Positions 10,320 to 20,536 of a DNA stretch of 64,000 nt are shown piece by piece. Source of the stretch: an uncultured Lachnospiraceae bacterium (GTDB lineage Bacteria; Bacillota; Clostridia; Lachnospirales; Lachnospiraceae); assembly GCA_937910785.1 (NCBI GenBank), contig CALDLG010000029.1:45-64044 (forward strand), in the 5' to 3' direction. The notes under the pieces are model-generated. The model was not told where the DNA came from, made no database searches, and was given only the letters and a program-made list of their open reading frames with translations. The position numbers and the translations under genes are program-made. Each line of letters opens with the position of its first letter. Positions within the stretch are counted from its first letter, which is position 1.

Positions 10320-12683
10320 TTATTTCATTTCGATGTTCTGAACTTCCTGTGTCCATGACAGATAAGGCGTCATGTCATTCGGAAGCGTTTCCGCCTTTAC
10401 ACGTTCCGTAGAAATCATACAGCATTCAGAACGCTGATAAACAGGAAGCTCTACGCCCCAGTCCATGATGATTTCCATAGCTGCCTTATACAGACCTTTC
10501 CGGTAAGTCTGGTCTGTGGAAAGACGTGCCGCTTCGATCAGTTCATCCAGGTCAGCGTCTTCAATCTGGTAGTAATTGGTAGAACCATCGCTGTGATACA
10601 GCTGGAACATATCCGGGTCCGTACCTGCCTGCCATGCGGCACACCACATATCCGCAACGCCTGTCTGATAAGAAGCATACAGATCATTGGCATTTGCGAG
10701 GTCATTTACCGTCAGGGTCATGCCGATGGACGAAAGTGCGTCGCTCGCATTTTTCAGGATCAGGAAAGTCGGATGGTCACCTGCGCCGCCTGCGCCGATA
10801 TTTACCTGGTACTCCAGCTTTGCGCCTTCGGGAGCTGCCGTAACCTTACCGTCTTCCACCGTATAACCTGCGGCTTCCAGATAACCTAACGCCGCTTCCA
10901 GAGCTGCCGCATATCTGTCCTCTGTGGACATACCGTCTGTGTAGATAGGATCACCGTTCACGTCTACGGAATAAGCGATCTGATAGCCGTCGTCCGTAAC
11001 CTGAGGCGCCGCCCAGGATGTATTGGAAATCGGATAGTTGATAACAGACGCCGTATTTCCATAATAGGAGTCGATACCTTCATCGCGGTAAGCCGAAATA
11101 ACGGTTGCAATCGCTTTCCGCAGATTACGGGATTCCTCTGAAGCCGGGTCATTTCCTACTTTTACATTATTCGCCGCGAGGCCAACATAACCATAGCCGC
11201 GGTAATCGATCAGACGGGTGGTGATAACGGAGCCATCCAGATCCTCGCTGCCGTTGATATCCGCCACCTGATTTGCAATATCGGTAGAGTAACTGGGATC
11301 TGTGATATCCATCGTACCTGATGTAATACCTGTTACCTTATCCGCCTCTGCCGCTTCCATGAAATTCAGATGAGCGATCTTAGGAGCTCCCTTGAAGTAA
11401 TCCGGGTTCGCATCCATATATACAACGCCGTTGGAATAGTCCTTGAAAATATAAGGACCTGCCCCCAGAGGCTTTCCTGTCTTTGCCTTCACGCCTGACA
11501 GATCGCCCTTCGGGAATCCGAAGCTGTTATTGTCATAATCGTATAAGCTTTCATCGCCATAATAATGCATCGGAGAAATCGGAAGCTGCAGCTGATAGAT
11601 CAGCGTTGCATCGACCTTGGTGGAAACAACGCGCATGGAATAGTCGCCGGTACGCTGAATACCGGTAACATTCGGCGCAGATTCTCCTGTCTCGATACCT
11701 ACCTGATAATCGGTATTCAGATAACTCCATATGCTGCCGCTTGCCTGCTCCGAATCAGACAACGCATTATAATCTCCTTCGTATGCTTCCAGCATAATAT
11801 TAAAGAAGTCTGTAAGAGTAGCGCCCTCCGGAGTCTCAAATCCCCAGTTTGGCGTTACTGCCTCAATCGGGTCATCCGCGCTTGCATATCCTGAATTCAC
11901 ACAGTAATCAATGATAGACTGTGCAAATGCCTCGCCGGCTGCCGGAAGTCCTTCTTCCCAGAATGCCTTCTGGGTCGCTTCATCCCAATATGTGAAATCC
12001 GTGTTGTCCTCTCCGGCTGCGATTAACAGGCTGTAAAGAGGTTCAATACCGCTGCGGTATTCTTCAATTCCTTCTATCGAAGTGGAATACAGCGTTGTAT
12101 TGCCGTCATAAGTAGGGTCAAGGACAACATACATACCGAAAATAACATCATCGATATCTGCAGTCGTTCCGTCGGTGAACTTGATGTCATCGCGAATCGT
12201 CATATCATAATAAACGGTACCGTCCGCATTCTCGGTAATCTCAATATCGGATGCCGTATAATAAGTATAGTCGGTTCCGTTGTAGGAGCGTGTCTCCCCT
12301 TCAATACCCTTTAAAATCGGGTTGCCCACGCGGTCAACCTCCAGCGTATAAACACGAACCATCTCGTCAATTGTTACATCATTTGCCGACAATGCAAAAT
12401 AAGGAGAAAATTTTCCTTCCAGACCCTGCTCCACACTGGCAACCAGTGTATCATTGGCAGGTGCCGCATCGCTCGTTTCGGAATCCGTCTTCTCCGGTTC
12501 CGTCGTTTCTGTTGTTTCTGTCGATTCCGTTGCCTCGTTTGTGCCCCCCCCATTATCTGTTTCGGTGGGCGCCGGCGTATCATTTCCGCCTGAACCGCAG
12601 GCCGTCAGTGAAAACGCCATGATCGTTGACAACAGCAAAGCCAGAAATTTCTTTGCATTCTTTGTTCTCGAAAATGTGATCAT
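10320..12683 (-). CDS. oppA: Oligopeptide ABC substrate-binding lipoprotein OppA (SBP_bac_5), unusually long
   Basis: Lipobox LTAC, Thr/Glu linker, IKFTDG, GAGPY, NPDYFKG. Start 12683 has a GGGAGG RBS and lies downstream of the promoter. Confidence 0.88.
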   Translation of the reverse strand: MITFSRTKNAKKFLALLLSTIMAFSLTACGSGGNDTPAPTETDNGGGTNEATESTETTETTEPEKTDSETSDAAPANDTLVASVEQGLEGKFSPYFALSANDVTIDEMVRVYTLEVDRVGNPILKGIEGETRSYNGTDYTYYTASDIEITENADGTVYYDMTIRDDIKFTDGTTADIDDVIFGMYVVLDPTYDGNTTLYSTSIEGIEEYRSGIEPLYSLLIAAGEDNTDFTYWDEATQKAFWEEGLPAAGEAFAQSIIDYCVNSGYASADDPIEAVTPNWGFETPEGATLTDFFNIMLEAYEGDYNALSDSEQASGSIWSYLNTDYQVGIETGESAPNVTGIQRTGDYSMRVVSTKVDATLIYQLQLPISPMHYYGDESLYDYDNNSFGFPKGDLSGVKAKTGKPLGAGPYIFKDYSNGVVYMDANPDYFKGAPKIAHLNFMEAAEADKVTGITSGTMDITDPSYSTDIANQVADINGSEDLDGSVITTRLIDYRGYGYVGLAANNVKVGNDPASEESRNLRKAIATVISAYRDEGIDSYYGNTASVINYPISNTSWAAPQVTDDGYQIAYSVDVNGDPIYTDGMSTEDRYAAALEAALGYLEAAGYTVEDGKVTAAPEGAKLEYQVNIGAGGAGDHPTFLILKNASDALSSIGMTLTVNDLANANDLYASYQTGVADMWCAAWQAGTDPDMFQLYHSDGSTNYYQIEDADLDELIEAARLSTDQTYRKGLYKAAMEIIMDWGVELPVYQRSECCMISTERVKAETLPNDMTPYLSWTQEVQNIEMK

Positions 12684-12721
12684 TTTCAAAACCTCCCTTT
12701 CTTCATAGTTATTTCTCATAT

Positions 12722-12750
12722 ATTTTACATAGAATCCTGTTTTCCGTCAA
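12722..12750 (-). promoter_or_regulatory. sigma-A promoter of opp operon 1
   Basis: TTGACG-17 nt-TAAAAT. Confidence 0.75.
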
Positions 12751-12788
12751 GACAGATACTCCGCAGTTTTATCAGGTTTTCCATACCA

Positions 12789-12803
12789 AATTTTCATAAT
12801 ATT
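12789..12803. promoter_or_regulatory. Candidate CodY box
   Basis: AATTTTCATAATATT has 2 mismatches to AATTTTCWGAAAATT and lies upstream of the opp promoter. Confidence 0.5.
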
Positions 12804-12830
12804 TGCATTTTTTTCCGGTTTTGCAAGACT

Positions 12831-13349
12831 TTATTCCGTCCAGATTTCTACAATTTTGCTGCGGCCTGCGAAGAAAGACGCAGCAATCTGTACGCCGCAG
12901 CAGACAAAACATACCAGTTTACCCTCTCCGGTTCCGCCGCGCAGCAAAAAGATCAGCAGCGACAGGGCAGTAAGCGCCGCCCCGGCAAGCGGGAGCATTG
13001 TCCGAAACCGGTACGGTTTCACACAGCGCCTATAAATATAATCCCGCAGCGGGTTGCCGCCCAATGTCATATTTCCAAGCGTATATGCAAGTGCAAAATC
13101 GGAAATCAGCCAGAGTACATACGGTATGATGACATAATAAGTATTCAGAAGACCTGCCGTCGTCACAAATCCGGGAAGAAGCGCCGAAAAAAGCATACAC
13201 CCCTGAAACGACCATAATTTTATAAGAGTCCGCCGCCGCAGGGCAGGATCGGCATGCCATGTTTTTCCGACATAAACATAACCGCCGTCCTGTCCCTTTT
13301 TAAAATCATTGAGATAGCTGTCTTTCCCGCGCTTTTTCTGTGCTGCCAT
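12831..13349 (-). CDS. Hypothetical membrane protein (about 4 TM)
   Basis: Hydrophobic segments; 2 nt downstream of the M3 peptidase. Confidence 0.75.
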   Translation of the reverse strand: MAAQKKRGKDSYLNDFKKGQDGGYVYVGKTWHADPALRRRTLIKLWSFQGCMLFSALLPGFVTTAGLLNTYYVIIPYVLWLISDFALAYTLGNMTLGGNPLRDYIYRRCVKPYRFRTMLPLAGAALTALSLLIFLLRGGTGEGKLVCFVCCGVQIAASFFAGRSKIVEIWTE

Positions 13350-13351
13350 GT

Positions 13352-15055
13352 TTATGCCAGTCCCTTTAAATCAAAGGCTTCCAGCCATGCTCTCGCAGCC
13401 TCGCAGACTTCTTTCAGACAGGCTTCCTCAAAAGGATTATCCAAACCGGCATTTTGCAGGAGCTCCGTAAATAAGGCGCTGCCTCCCTGCCTCGTATATG
13501 CCATATATTTTTCCCATGCCGCGTTCCGGTCTTTCCGGATTTTCGCCCAGAACTGCAGCGCCACTGTCTGCGCAAGACAATAATCGATATAATAAAATGG
13601 TCTGTCATAAATATGGTGCTGCCGCTGCCAGCCCTCGCCGTCGGCAAAGAAAGGTATTTCACCATCCAGCTTCATCCACGGCATATAAATTCCGAGCAGT
13701 TCCTTCCAGAGCGCATGACGCTGTGCCGGCGTCATATCCGGTTTTTCAAATACGACATGCTGGAAGTGGTCCACCATCGTGCCATAAGGAATAAATGTCA
13801 GCGCGTCGGACAGATGGGTATAGTAAAATTTGCGGGTATCTTTCCCGAAGAATCCTTCCGCCCAGTTCCATGCGAAAAATTCCATCGACATGGAATGGAC
13901 CTCACATGCCTCAAGAGACGGCCATACATAGGATGAAGGAATACGCTCACGGTTCATCCATGTCGCAAAAGCATGGCCGGCTTCATGTGTAACGACTTCC
14001 ACATCATGCTGTGTGCCGTTGAAGTTTGCGAAAATAAAGGGCACCTCATAATCGGGAATACTCGTACAGTATCCGCCTCCCGCCTTGCCTTCCGTAGACA
14101 GAACATCCAGCAGCTCGCAATCCAGCATCATGCGGAAGAATTCGCTCGTCTCCGGACTGAGTTCATCATAAAATTTTCTGCCATGGGCCAGAATATCATC
14201 CGGTGTTCCGGCCGGCCTTGCATTGCCGGAACGGAACGCCAGCGCATTGTCCGCAAAACTCATGGGATATTCTTTTCCCAGACGATTTGCCTGTTCCTTA
14301 TAAATCTCACTCGCCACCGGCACCAGATACTTCACGACAGCCGCGCGGAACTTTTCCACATCTTCCTTTGTATAGCAGTTGCGCTTCATACGGTAATAGC
14401 CAAGCTGCGTATAGCCGTCATAACCAAGCTTACGCCCCATCGTATCCCGCAGATGCACCAGCTCGTCATACAGACGGTCGAGCTCTGCCTGATGGTCCTT
14501 ATACCACTGTCCTTCCGCCTTCCACGCCGCAAGACGGCGCGCATCATCCTTATCGGTCTTAAAAGGCGTGATCTGTGAAATCGTGTATACGCCGTCTTCA
14601 AAAGGAATCTGTGCCGAAGCCAGCAGTTTATTGTATTCCTGCATCAGATCATTTTCCTTCTGCATTTCTTCAATAATTTCAGGAGAAAATGTCTTCAGCT
14701 CCATTTCCGTATTCAAAAACATCATCTTTCCGTATTCCGCCTCAAATGACGTGCGGAAAGGACTGTTCAGCATGGCGAGATTCCATGCCTGCAGCTGTTC
14801 CTCAAATTCCGGGCCAAACGCGCTCCAGAATTTCACCTCGTCGTCATAAAAGGCATCGCGCGTGTCGATATCGTGCCGGATATGGGCAAGCGTGCTCTGC
14901 GTCTCAACGCGTTTTGTAACCTCTTCTTTTTCCAGAAAAACAGCCTTCGCCTCTTCGTAGCTCCCGGCGCCTTTCAGACGCTCTATGAGCTTCGCAGCCT
15001 GTTCTTTTACGTCCTGCGCATCAGGACGCGCATAGGTCATTTCAGAAAATTTCAT
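13352..15055 (-). CDS. M3-family oligoendopeptidase (PepF-like)
   Basis: Zinc motif HEAGH, EVHSMSME, HIY..PFYYIDY. Confidence 0.92.
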   Translation of the reverse strand: MKFSEMTYARPDAQDVKEQAAKLIERLKGAGSYEEAKAVFLEKEEVTKRVETQSTLAHIRHDIDTRDAFYDDEVKFWSAFGPEFEEQLQAWNLAMLNSPFRTSFEAEYGKMMFLNTEMELKTFSPEIIEEMQKENDLMQEYNKLLASAQIPFEDGVYTISQITPFKTDKDDARRLAAWKAEGQWYKDHQAELDRLYDELVHLRDTMGRKLGYDGYTQLGYYRMKRNCYTKEDVEKFRAAVVKYLVPVASEIYKEQANRLGKEYPMSFADNALAFRSGNARPAGTPDDILAHGRKFYDELSPETSEFFRMMLDCELLDVLSTEGKAGGGYCTSIPDYEVPFIFANFNGTQHDVEVVTHEAGHAFATWMNRERIPSSYVWPSLEACEVHSMSMEFFAWNWAEGFFGKDTRKFYYTHLSDALTFIPYGTMVDHFQHVVFEKPDMTPAQRHALWKELLGIYMPWMKLDGEIPFFADGEGWQRQHHIYDRPFYYIDYCLAQTVALQFWAKIRKDRNAAWEKYMAYTRQGGSALFTELLQNAGLDNPFEEACLKEVCEAARAWLEAFDLKGLA

Positions 15056-15107
15056 TGTGATCGTCACTCCTTTTCCTTCTTAAAATTATTGTTACGGATA
15101 TTTCCTT

Positions 15108-18100
15108 TTACTGGTTCATTTTACTGCCGCATTTGGGGCAGACATCGCCGGTTTTATAAACAAATCCGCAGCGATAGCAGCATTTCACATCGTGGGTTTC
15201 TTTGGCCATATATTCGAGCTTTCTGGATTCGGGCCGTTCCTGAAGATAAGCGATGAAACCATCCAGTACGGAAGCAAAGGCCTCTCGTTTTTCCGCTTCT
15301 ATATGATTAGGAAGCTTTTCCTTTTTTCCGCCGGGCCCTGTTACATATACGCCTTTTCCAAATAATGCGCGTCCGGCCTGTATGCTCTGAATATCCGAAA
15401 TACTGATGATACCGGAGTTTAAGAAAGTACGGTAAAAAATATGATCCGGCGTCAGCACGAAGCCTTCTTTTCCATTTTGATTCCGGGAGGCGTCGCAGAC
15501 CATCAGAGGATACTCATAAGCTCCTCTTGGAACGGCATAGCCGTTGATTGCGCGAAGCATGGCTTCCCGGTGATTTTCCGCTTCCAGTTTTTCTTCTTCC
15601 TTGTACAGATCGGCCTGAACGGAAGAGCTGGCGGAAAAATCCGGCGTCCGCTTCATTTCTTCTCTCGCATTATAATAATAGAGGAATTCGCAATCCGGTA
15701 TTTCTTCCTCCATATCGTTCTTTAACTTCCGCATCAGCTGGACGCACTCGTCGGTCTTGAGCCTGGTAAGGCGCCGCTGAATCATTTCCAGTGCATTCGT
15801 TTTTATTTCCGGAAGAAACATGCCCTGTTCGATTTCCTGATAAGCCTTCAGTCCATCCGCAAAAGAAAGGCTGACGATGCTCGGACAGAGCTTTTCCACT
15901 CTCGCCTCGTCCATCTGCTGAATTTTGGCATATATTTTCTGAAGGAAAGGCGCCTTGTTCTCCTCCTTATAGTCCTGAGACTGCAGCTGTTCATAGAGAT
16001 TCCAGAGGGCATGTCTGTCCTTTTTCCCGCCGCGCTTTATCATGGCGGATATTTCTTCCTTTTCCGCCATGTCTTTTTTCTTATCCAGCTGTTCACGGTA
16101 GGGCGTGATATCGACACCTTCGTACTGGTTGATTTTATCCAGATATCCGGCGAGCTGTCTGCGGTCAAGATGAAGCGGCAGATGCTCGATCAGGTGCGCG
16201 ACTTCCCGTTCCGCCCGGTTTATCCGAATCTGCTTTAACTTTTTCAGTGTTTCCTGTTTCAGATCATCAGGGAGCTCTTTCTTCCGGATCTCCTCCATCA
16301 TGCGTCCGATTTCCGCATAGGATTTGTTTTTACTCAGCTCGATTTTCTGAGCAAGCGCATTTTCTTCTTCGCGATAGAGCTTCTCATTGATTTTCTGATT
16401 GTAAAAATTTCTTTTTTCGTCGGAAATAAACGGTTCCTTTGCGATCTGTGTTTTGAGATCGGTCAGCTGTCTGGCGGAGAGATTGTTCAGTGTTCTGACG
16501 CGGGCGTCGTATTTGGCGGTCAGTTTTTCACCAAGAACCTCCTGAACGACTTTTTTATATTGCCGATCCTTTTCGGCCTGTTCCGGATCGGCAGAAGCCT
16601 GCTGGCGGTCCAGTCTGCTCAGAACAGCCCGTAATTCTTCCGTCGTTTTGCCGGCAAGACTGTAAACGGCCAGCAGCGGATCGGGCTGCGGGTCCGAAGA
16701 ACTCTTTGCCTGTGGAGCCGCCGGCGTTATTTCCGTCTGCGGGACCGCCGGCTGTTTATCCGGTTGGGGCTCTGCGGTCTTAGGCGGGGGCGTCGGCTGT
16801 TTTTCAGTGTGCAGCGATATCAGAGGCTTTTTTGCCGGCGACGCAGCATCTTTTTTCGCGGAAGATACCGTCGTCCGCGGCGCCTTCTGTCTGGTCATGC
16901 CGGAAGAAGCCTCCGTCGGTTTTCCGGAAGGCGCAGGCGATGCCGGCTGCTTTGAATGGTCCGGTCCGGCGGAAATGTCCGCGGACTCTTTGCGCTTCGG
17001 AAGTTCCCGGCGTTCCGGTGCCGGTTTTGCCTGGACGGATTCCCGATGTTCCGGTGCCGGTTGTGAGTGAACAGGTTCCCGGCGTTCCGGAGCCGGCTGC
17101 GTGCGGACGGATTCTCCGCGCTCCGGTGCCGGTTGTGTGCGGGCCGGTTCGTCCGGTTCCGGTACAGTCTGTTTTGGAACGGTTTCTTCCGGTACATCCG
17201 TATCCGGATTTTCAAATTCGTTAAAATTCGAATTGGTCGTTTTTTCGGCACGGCTGCCCAGTATCTCCAGATAGTCTTCGTAAGCGGTCCTGTCTTCATC
17301 GAATTTCAAAAGATAGACCTGGCCCTCCGAAAGCAGCCTTTTAGGGCGGGGCGTATAGAAGGAGCAGCATGTGTCACAGGCGAAGGCTCTGGCCATAAGA
17401 ACCCGGCCCTCTTCCGTGTCGATCAGCAGTTCTTTGTGAACGGGGTATACACCCATATAGAGCTTCTGGCTGCATTTTGGGCACAGGTAATCTGTCAGGT
17501 AGAAGTTGTTGCCGATTCTGGACCTGGAAGCATCCTCTTCGGTCCGGCCTGATTTAAAGAAATCGGCGGATTCTTTTTTCCAGCACATATTATGCCACAG
17601 ACCGATTTCATAGTCTTCTTCCTCTTCTTCCATGGAGGAATGTGTATTCTGCCCGTTTCCGGAAGAAGCCTCTCCGGACTGCTGAGCGGAGTCTGAGGTT
17701 ACAAGGCTCTGGCCTTCTTTCAGTTTACCCTCTTCTTTTAACAGTCGCAGAATTGCAAGCAGCGCATCCTCATAGGTAATCTGCCTGCCGGATTTGAAGA
17801 AACGGAAACTGTCTCTGCTGATGTCCGGTTCTATCGACACGGGACGGAGCACTTCTGAGAAGAGCGTATTTAAAGAGTCATAATCCCGGTCTACTTTAAG
17901 GCCGCTGATCAGCCCCCATTTTCCGAAAACGTATAACACCATGTTCATTGTGTTATTCAGCAGATAGTCGTTTGGCAGGCTCTGCAGGCGTTCGCCTTCG
18001 GGCGGAAGCTCAATGATATTCGTATGGATTTTTCTGCTGTCAAAATTAAAAATAAGAGATCGAACATCGCCCGCGAGAATCAGGCTGTTATTCGCGATTA

Positions 18101-18194
18101 CGATCACATCGTTCCATGTAACGGGAACCTTCATCGTCTTTATTAATTTCCCCAGAACCTTTTGTAATTCCGGATTTGCTTTCAACAATAACAT
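15108..18194 (-). CDS. Large hypothetical protein (~1028 aa) with two zinc-ribbon modules, Pro-rich repeats and a helical region
   Basis: Long ORF with CPKC...CDTC and C-terminal CYRC...CPKC. Start is uncertain (18194-18233); AGGGTG precedes ATG 18194. Confidence 0.85.
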   Translation of the reverse strand: MLLLKANPELQKVLGKLIKTMKVPVTWNDVIVIANNSLILAGDVRSLIFNFDSRKIHTNIIELPPEGERLQSLPNDYLLNNTMNMVLYVFGKWGLISGLKVDRDYDSLNTLFSEVLRPVSIEPDISRDSFRFFKSGRQITYEDALLAILRLLKEEGKLKEGQSLVTSDSAQQSGEASSGNGQNTHSSMEEEEEDYEIGLWHNMCWKKESADFFKSGRTEEDASRSRIGNNFYLTDYLCPKCSQKLYMGVYPVHKELLIDTEEGRVLMARAFACDTCCSFYTPRPKRLLSEGQVYLLKFDEDRTAYEDYLEILGSRAEKTTNSNFNEFENPDTDVPEETVPKQTVPEPDEPARTQPAPERGESVRTQPAPERREPVHSQPAPEHRESVQAKPAPERRELPKRKESADISAGPDHSKQPASPAPSGKPTEASSGMTRQKAPRTTVSSAKKDAASPAKKPLISLHTEKQPTPPPKTAEPQPDKQPAVPQTEITPAAPQAKSSSDPQPDPLLAVYSLAGKTTEELRAVLSRLDRQQASADPEQAEKDRQYKKVVQEVLGEKLTAKYDARVRTLNNLSARQLTDLKTQIAKEPFISDEKRNFYNQKINEKLYREEENALAQKIELSKNKSYAEIGRMMEEIRKKELPDDLKQETLKKLKQIRINRAEREVAHLIEHLPLHLDRRQLAGYLDKINQYEGVDITPYREQLDKKKDMAEKEEISAMIKRGGKKDRHALWNLYEQLQSQDYKEENKAPFLQKIYAKIQQMDEARVEKLCPSIVSLSFADGLKAYQEIEQGMFLPEIKTNALEMIQRRLTRLKTDECVQLMRKLKNDMEEEIPDCEFLYYYNAREEMKRTPDFSASSSVQADLYKEEEKLEAENHREAMLRAINGYAVPRGAYEYPLMVCDASRNQNGKEGFVLTPDHIFYRTFLNSGIISISDIQSIQAGRALFGKGVYVTGPGGKKEKLPNHIEAEKREAFASVLDGFIAYLQERPESRKLEYMAKETHDVKCCYRCGFVYKTGDVCPKCGSKMNQ
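17004..17147. repeat. 4 x 36-bp in-frame tandem repeat encoding (xVRTQPAPERRE)n
   Basis: Units begin at 17004, 17040, 17076 and 17112 and share TTCCCGGCGTTCCGGTGCCGG-like cores. Confidence 0.85.
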
Positions 18195-18346
18195 GATCAT
18201 CACCCTGTCATTTAAAATATGCCTTTGCGGCATTGTTCCATTGACTAAGATTTTACCATCTTTTTACGGGTTTTACTACATTTTCTTAGAGATTTTTCCA
18301 GGACCTTTCAAGGACGGCCATCAGAGGAATTCTTTTTAAGTTACGG

Positions 18347-18376
18347 TTGCCATGCCGCCGGAGTCGGTAGTATAAT
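18347..18376 (+). promoter_or_regulatory. sigma-A promoter of the pncA operon
   Basis: TTGCCA-18 nt-TATAAT. Confidence 0.6.
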
Positions 18377-18438
18377 TTAACTGTTCAGATTCGTGCCGGG
18401 CGGCGTGGAGGCCGCAGGCAAAGAGAGGGAGTATGGAT

Positions 18439-18963
18439 ATGAAATATCTGATTGTTGTGGATATGCAGAAGGATTTTATCACCGGAAGTCTGGGAACAAA
18501 AGAGGCGCAGGAAATACTTCCGAAGGTGATCGAGAAGGTAAGAAATTATGACGGAAAGATTTTGTTTACGAAGGATACGCATACGGAGGATTATCTGAAT
18601 ACGCAGGAGGGCAGGAGACTGCCGGTGAAACATTGTATTCTCGGAGAGGACGGATGGCTTCTGGCGGAGGAGCTGGAGGAAGCGGCGGCAAAAGGCGGCT
18701 GGAAGATCTATCAGAAGCCGGCTTTCGGAAGCGTTGAGCTCGCGGCCGCGTTGAAAGCGGAAAATGACAGAGAGCCGGTGGAAGAAATTGAGCTATGCGG
18801 TTTGTGTACGGATATCTGTGTCATCTCCAACGCGTTATTGTTAAAGGCTTTTCTGCCGGAGACGCCGGTCTGTGTGGACGCGGCCTGCTGTGCGGGCGTT
18901 ACCCCGCAGAGTCATGAAAATGCGCTGGAAGCGATGAAGATGTGTCAGGTAGTTGTGAGATAA
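18439..18963 (+). CDS. pncA: Nicotinamidase/isochorismatase-family cysteine hydrolase
   Basis: VDMQKDF, DTH, HC, K..FGS, GLCTDICV; adjacent to pncB. Confidence 0.8.
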   Translation: MKYLIVVDMQKDFITGSLGTKEAQEILPKVIEKVRNYDGKILFTKDTHTEDYLNTQEGRRLPVKHCILGEDGWLLAEELEEAAAKGGWKIYQKPAFGSVELAAALKAENDREPVEEIELCGLCTDICVISNALLLKAFLPETPVCVDAACCAGVTPQSHENALEAMKMCQVVVR

Positions 18964-19032
18964 AAGATGCCGGTGCGGTATTCGTGAAACGACCGAATCA
19001 TGAAACGCGGCGCCGGAGGCTGAGAGAAAGGA

Positions 19033-20502
19033 ATGGTTACCGGAATGATGAAAACACAGTTCAATGAAAGAAATATATCGATGGTTATGGATATGTACGA
19101 ACTCACGATGTCAAACGGCTATTTCCGTAAAGAATATCAGGATACGGTAGCGGCGTTCGATGTTTTTTACAGAAATAACCCGGACAATGCGGGATTTGCA
19201 ATTTTTGCGGGGTTGGAGCAGATAATAGAATACATTCAGAATCTGCATTTTGCGCAGGAGGATATTGATTATCTCCGGTCAAAAAAGCTGTTTACGGAAG
19301 AGTTTCTTGATTATCTGCTGCATTTTCGGTTTAAGGGCGATATTTACGCGATGCCGGAAGGAACGATCATGTACCCCAACGAGCCGGTCATGACGGTGGT
19401 GGCGCCATTGATTGACGCACAGCTGATTGAGACGGCGCTTCTTCTGGAGATCAATCATCAGTCGTTAATTGCGACGAAGACGAACAGAATCGTGCGTGCG
19501 GCGAACGGAAAGCCGGTGTCCGATTTTGGAGCAAGGCGTGCGCATAATGTGGATGCGGCGGTTTACGGTGCAAGAGCCGCTTATATCGGCGGGGCTGTCG
19601 GAACCGCGACGGTTCTGGCGGGGGAGATGTTCGATATTCCCATTTCGGGAACGATGGCGCACAGCTGGGTTATGTGCTTTGACAGCGAGTATGAAGCCTT
19701 CAAGGCATATGCGGAAGGATATCCGGACTCCACGGTTCTGCTTGTGGATACATATGATGTATTAAAAAGCGGTGTGCCAAATGCCATCCGGATTGCCGAA
19801 GAAATTCTGCAGCCCATGGGAAAGAGGCTGAAAGGAATACGGTTGGATTCGGGTGATCTGGCTTATCTGTCGAAGGAGGCACGAAAGCTGTTGGATGACG
19901 CAGGACTGCAGGATTGTATGATTGTGGCGTCTAACAGTCTGGATGAATATACAATTACCTCGCTTAACAGACAGGAGGCCAGAATTGACAGTTACGGTGT
20001 CGGCGAGAAGCTGATCACTTCTTATACGTCGCCGGTTTTCGGCGCGGTATATAAACTGGCCGCGATTAAGAAGGACGGCAGCTTTGTTCCGAAGATTAAG
20101 ATTTCGGAGACGATAGAGAAGATCACAAACCCCGGCATGAAAGAGATTTACAGGGTATACGATAAAGACGGAAAAGCCATTGCGGATTATCTGACCGTAC
20201 AGGGAGAAGAGATCGATACGAGTCACCCGGTCCGCTATGTGGACCCGAAGCATTATTGGAAAGACAGAAGCTTTGTCGATTGCACTTTTAAGCCGTTACG
20301 GAAACAGATTTTCAGGAACGGCGAGCTTATTTATAAGCTTCCGGCGCTTGAGGAGATCAGAAGCTATGTGAAGAATCAGCTGGAGTGCGAAATCTGGAAG
20401 GAGGAGCAGCGATTCGAAAACGCGCATCCGCATTATCTGGATATGAGTCCGGCGATGTTTGAGCTGAAAATGGGACTGTTGCATGAAAGCTCCGGAATAT
20501 AG
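19033..20502 (+). CDS. pncB: Nicotinate phosphoribosyltransferase
   Basis: DMYELTM, DFGARR, GTMAHSW, LVDTYD, IRLDSGD, GAVYKL. Start may be 19045. Confidence 0.93.
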   Translation: MVTGMMKTQFNERNISMVMDMYELTMSNGYFRKEYQDTVAAFDVFYRNNPDNAGFAIFAGLEQIIEYIQNLHFAQEDIDYLRSKKLFTEEFLDYLLHFRFKGDIYAMPEGTIMYPNEPVMTVVAPLIDAQLIETALLLEINHQSLIATKTNRIVRAANGKPVSDFGARRAHNVDAAVYGARAAYIGGAVGTATVLAGEMFDIPISGTMAHSWVMCFDSEYEAFKAYAEGYPDSTVLLVDTYDVLKSGVPNAIRIAEEILQPMGKRLKGIRLDSGDLAYLSKEARKLLDDAGLQDCMIVASNSLDEYTITSLNRQEARIDSYGVGEKLITSYTSPVFGAVYKLAAIKKDGSFVPKIKISETIEKITNPGMKEIYRVYDKDGKAIADYLTVQGEEIDTSHPVRYVDPKHYWKDRSFVDCTFKPLRKQIFRNGELIYKLPALEEIRSYVKNQLECEIWKEEQRFENAHPHYLDMSPAMFELKMGLLHESSGI

Positions 20503-20536
20503 GATTTAAGAAGAACAGGAGAAGGGGGATGGATGC

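Noticed and set aside
17004..17147. 36-bp repeats as a CRISPR array
   Set aside because: Contiguous, without spacers, in-frame inside a CDS, and no cas genes nearby.
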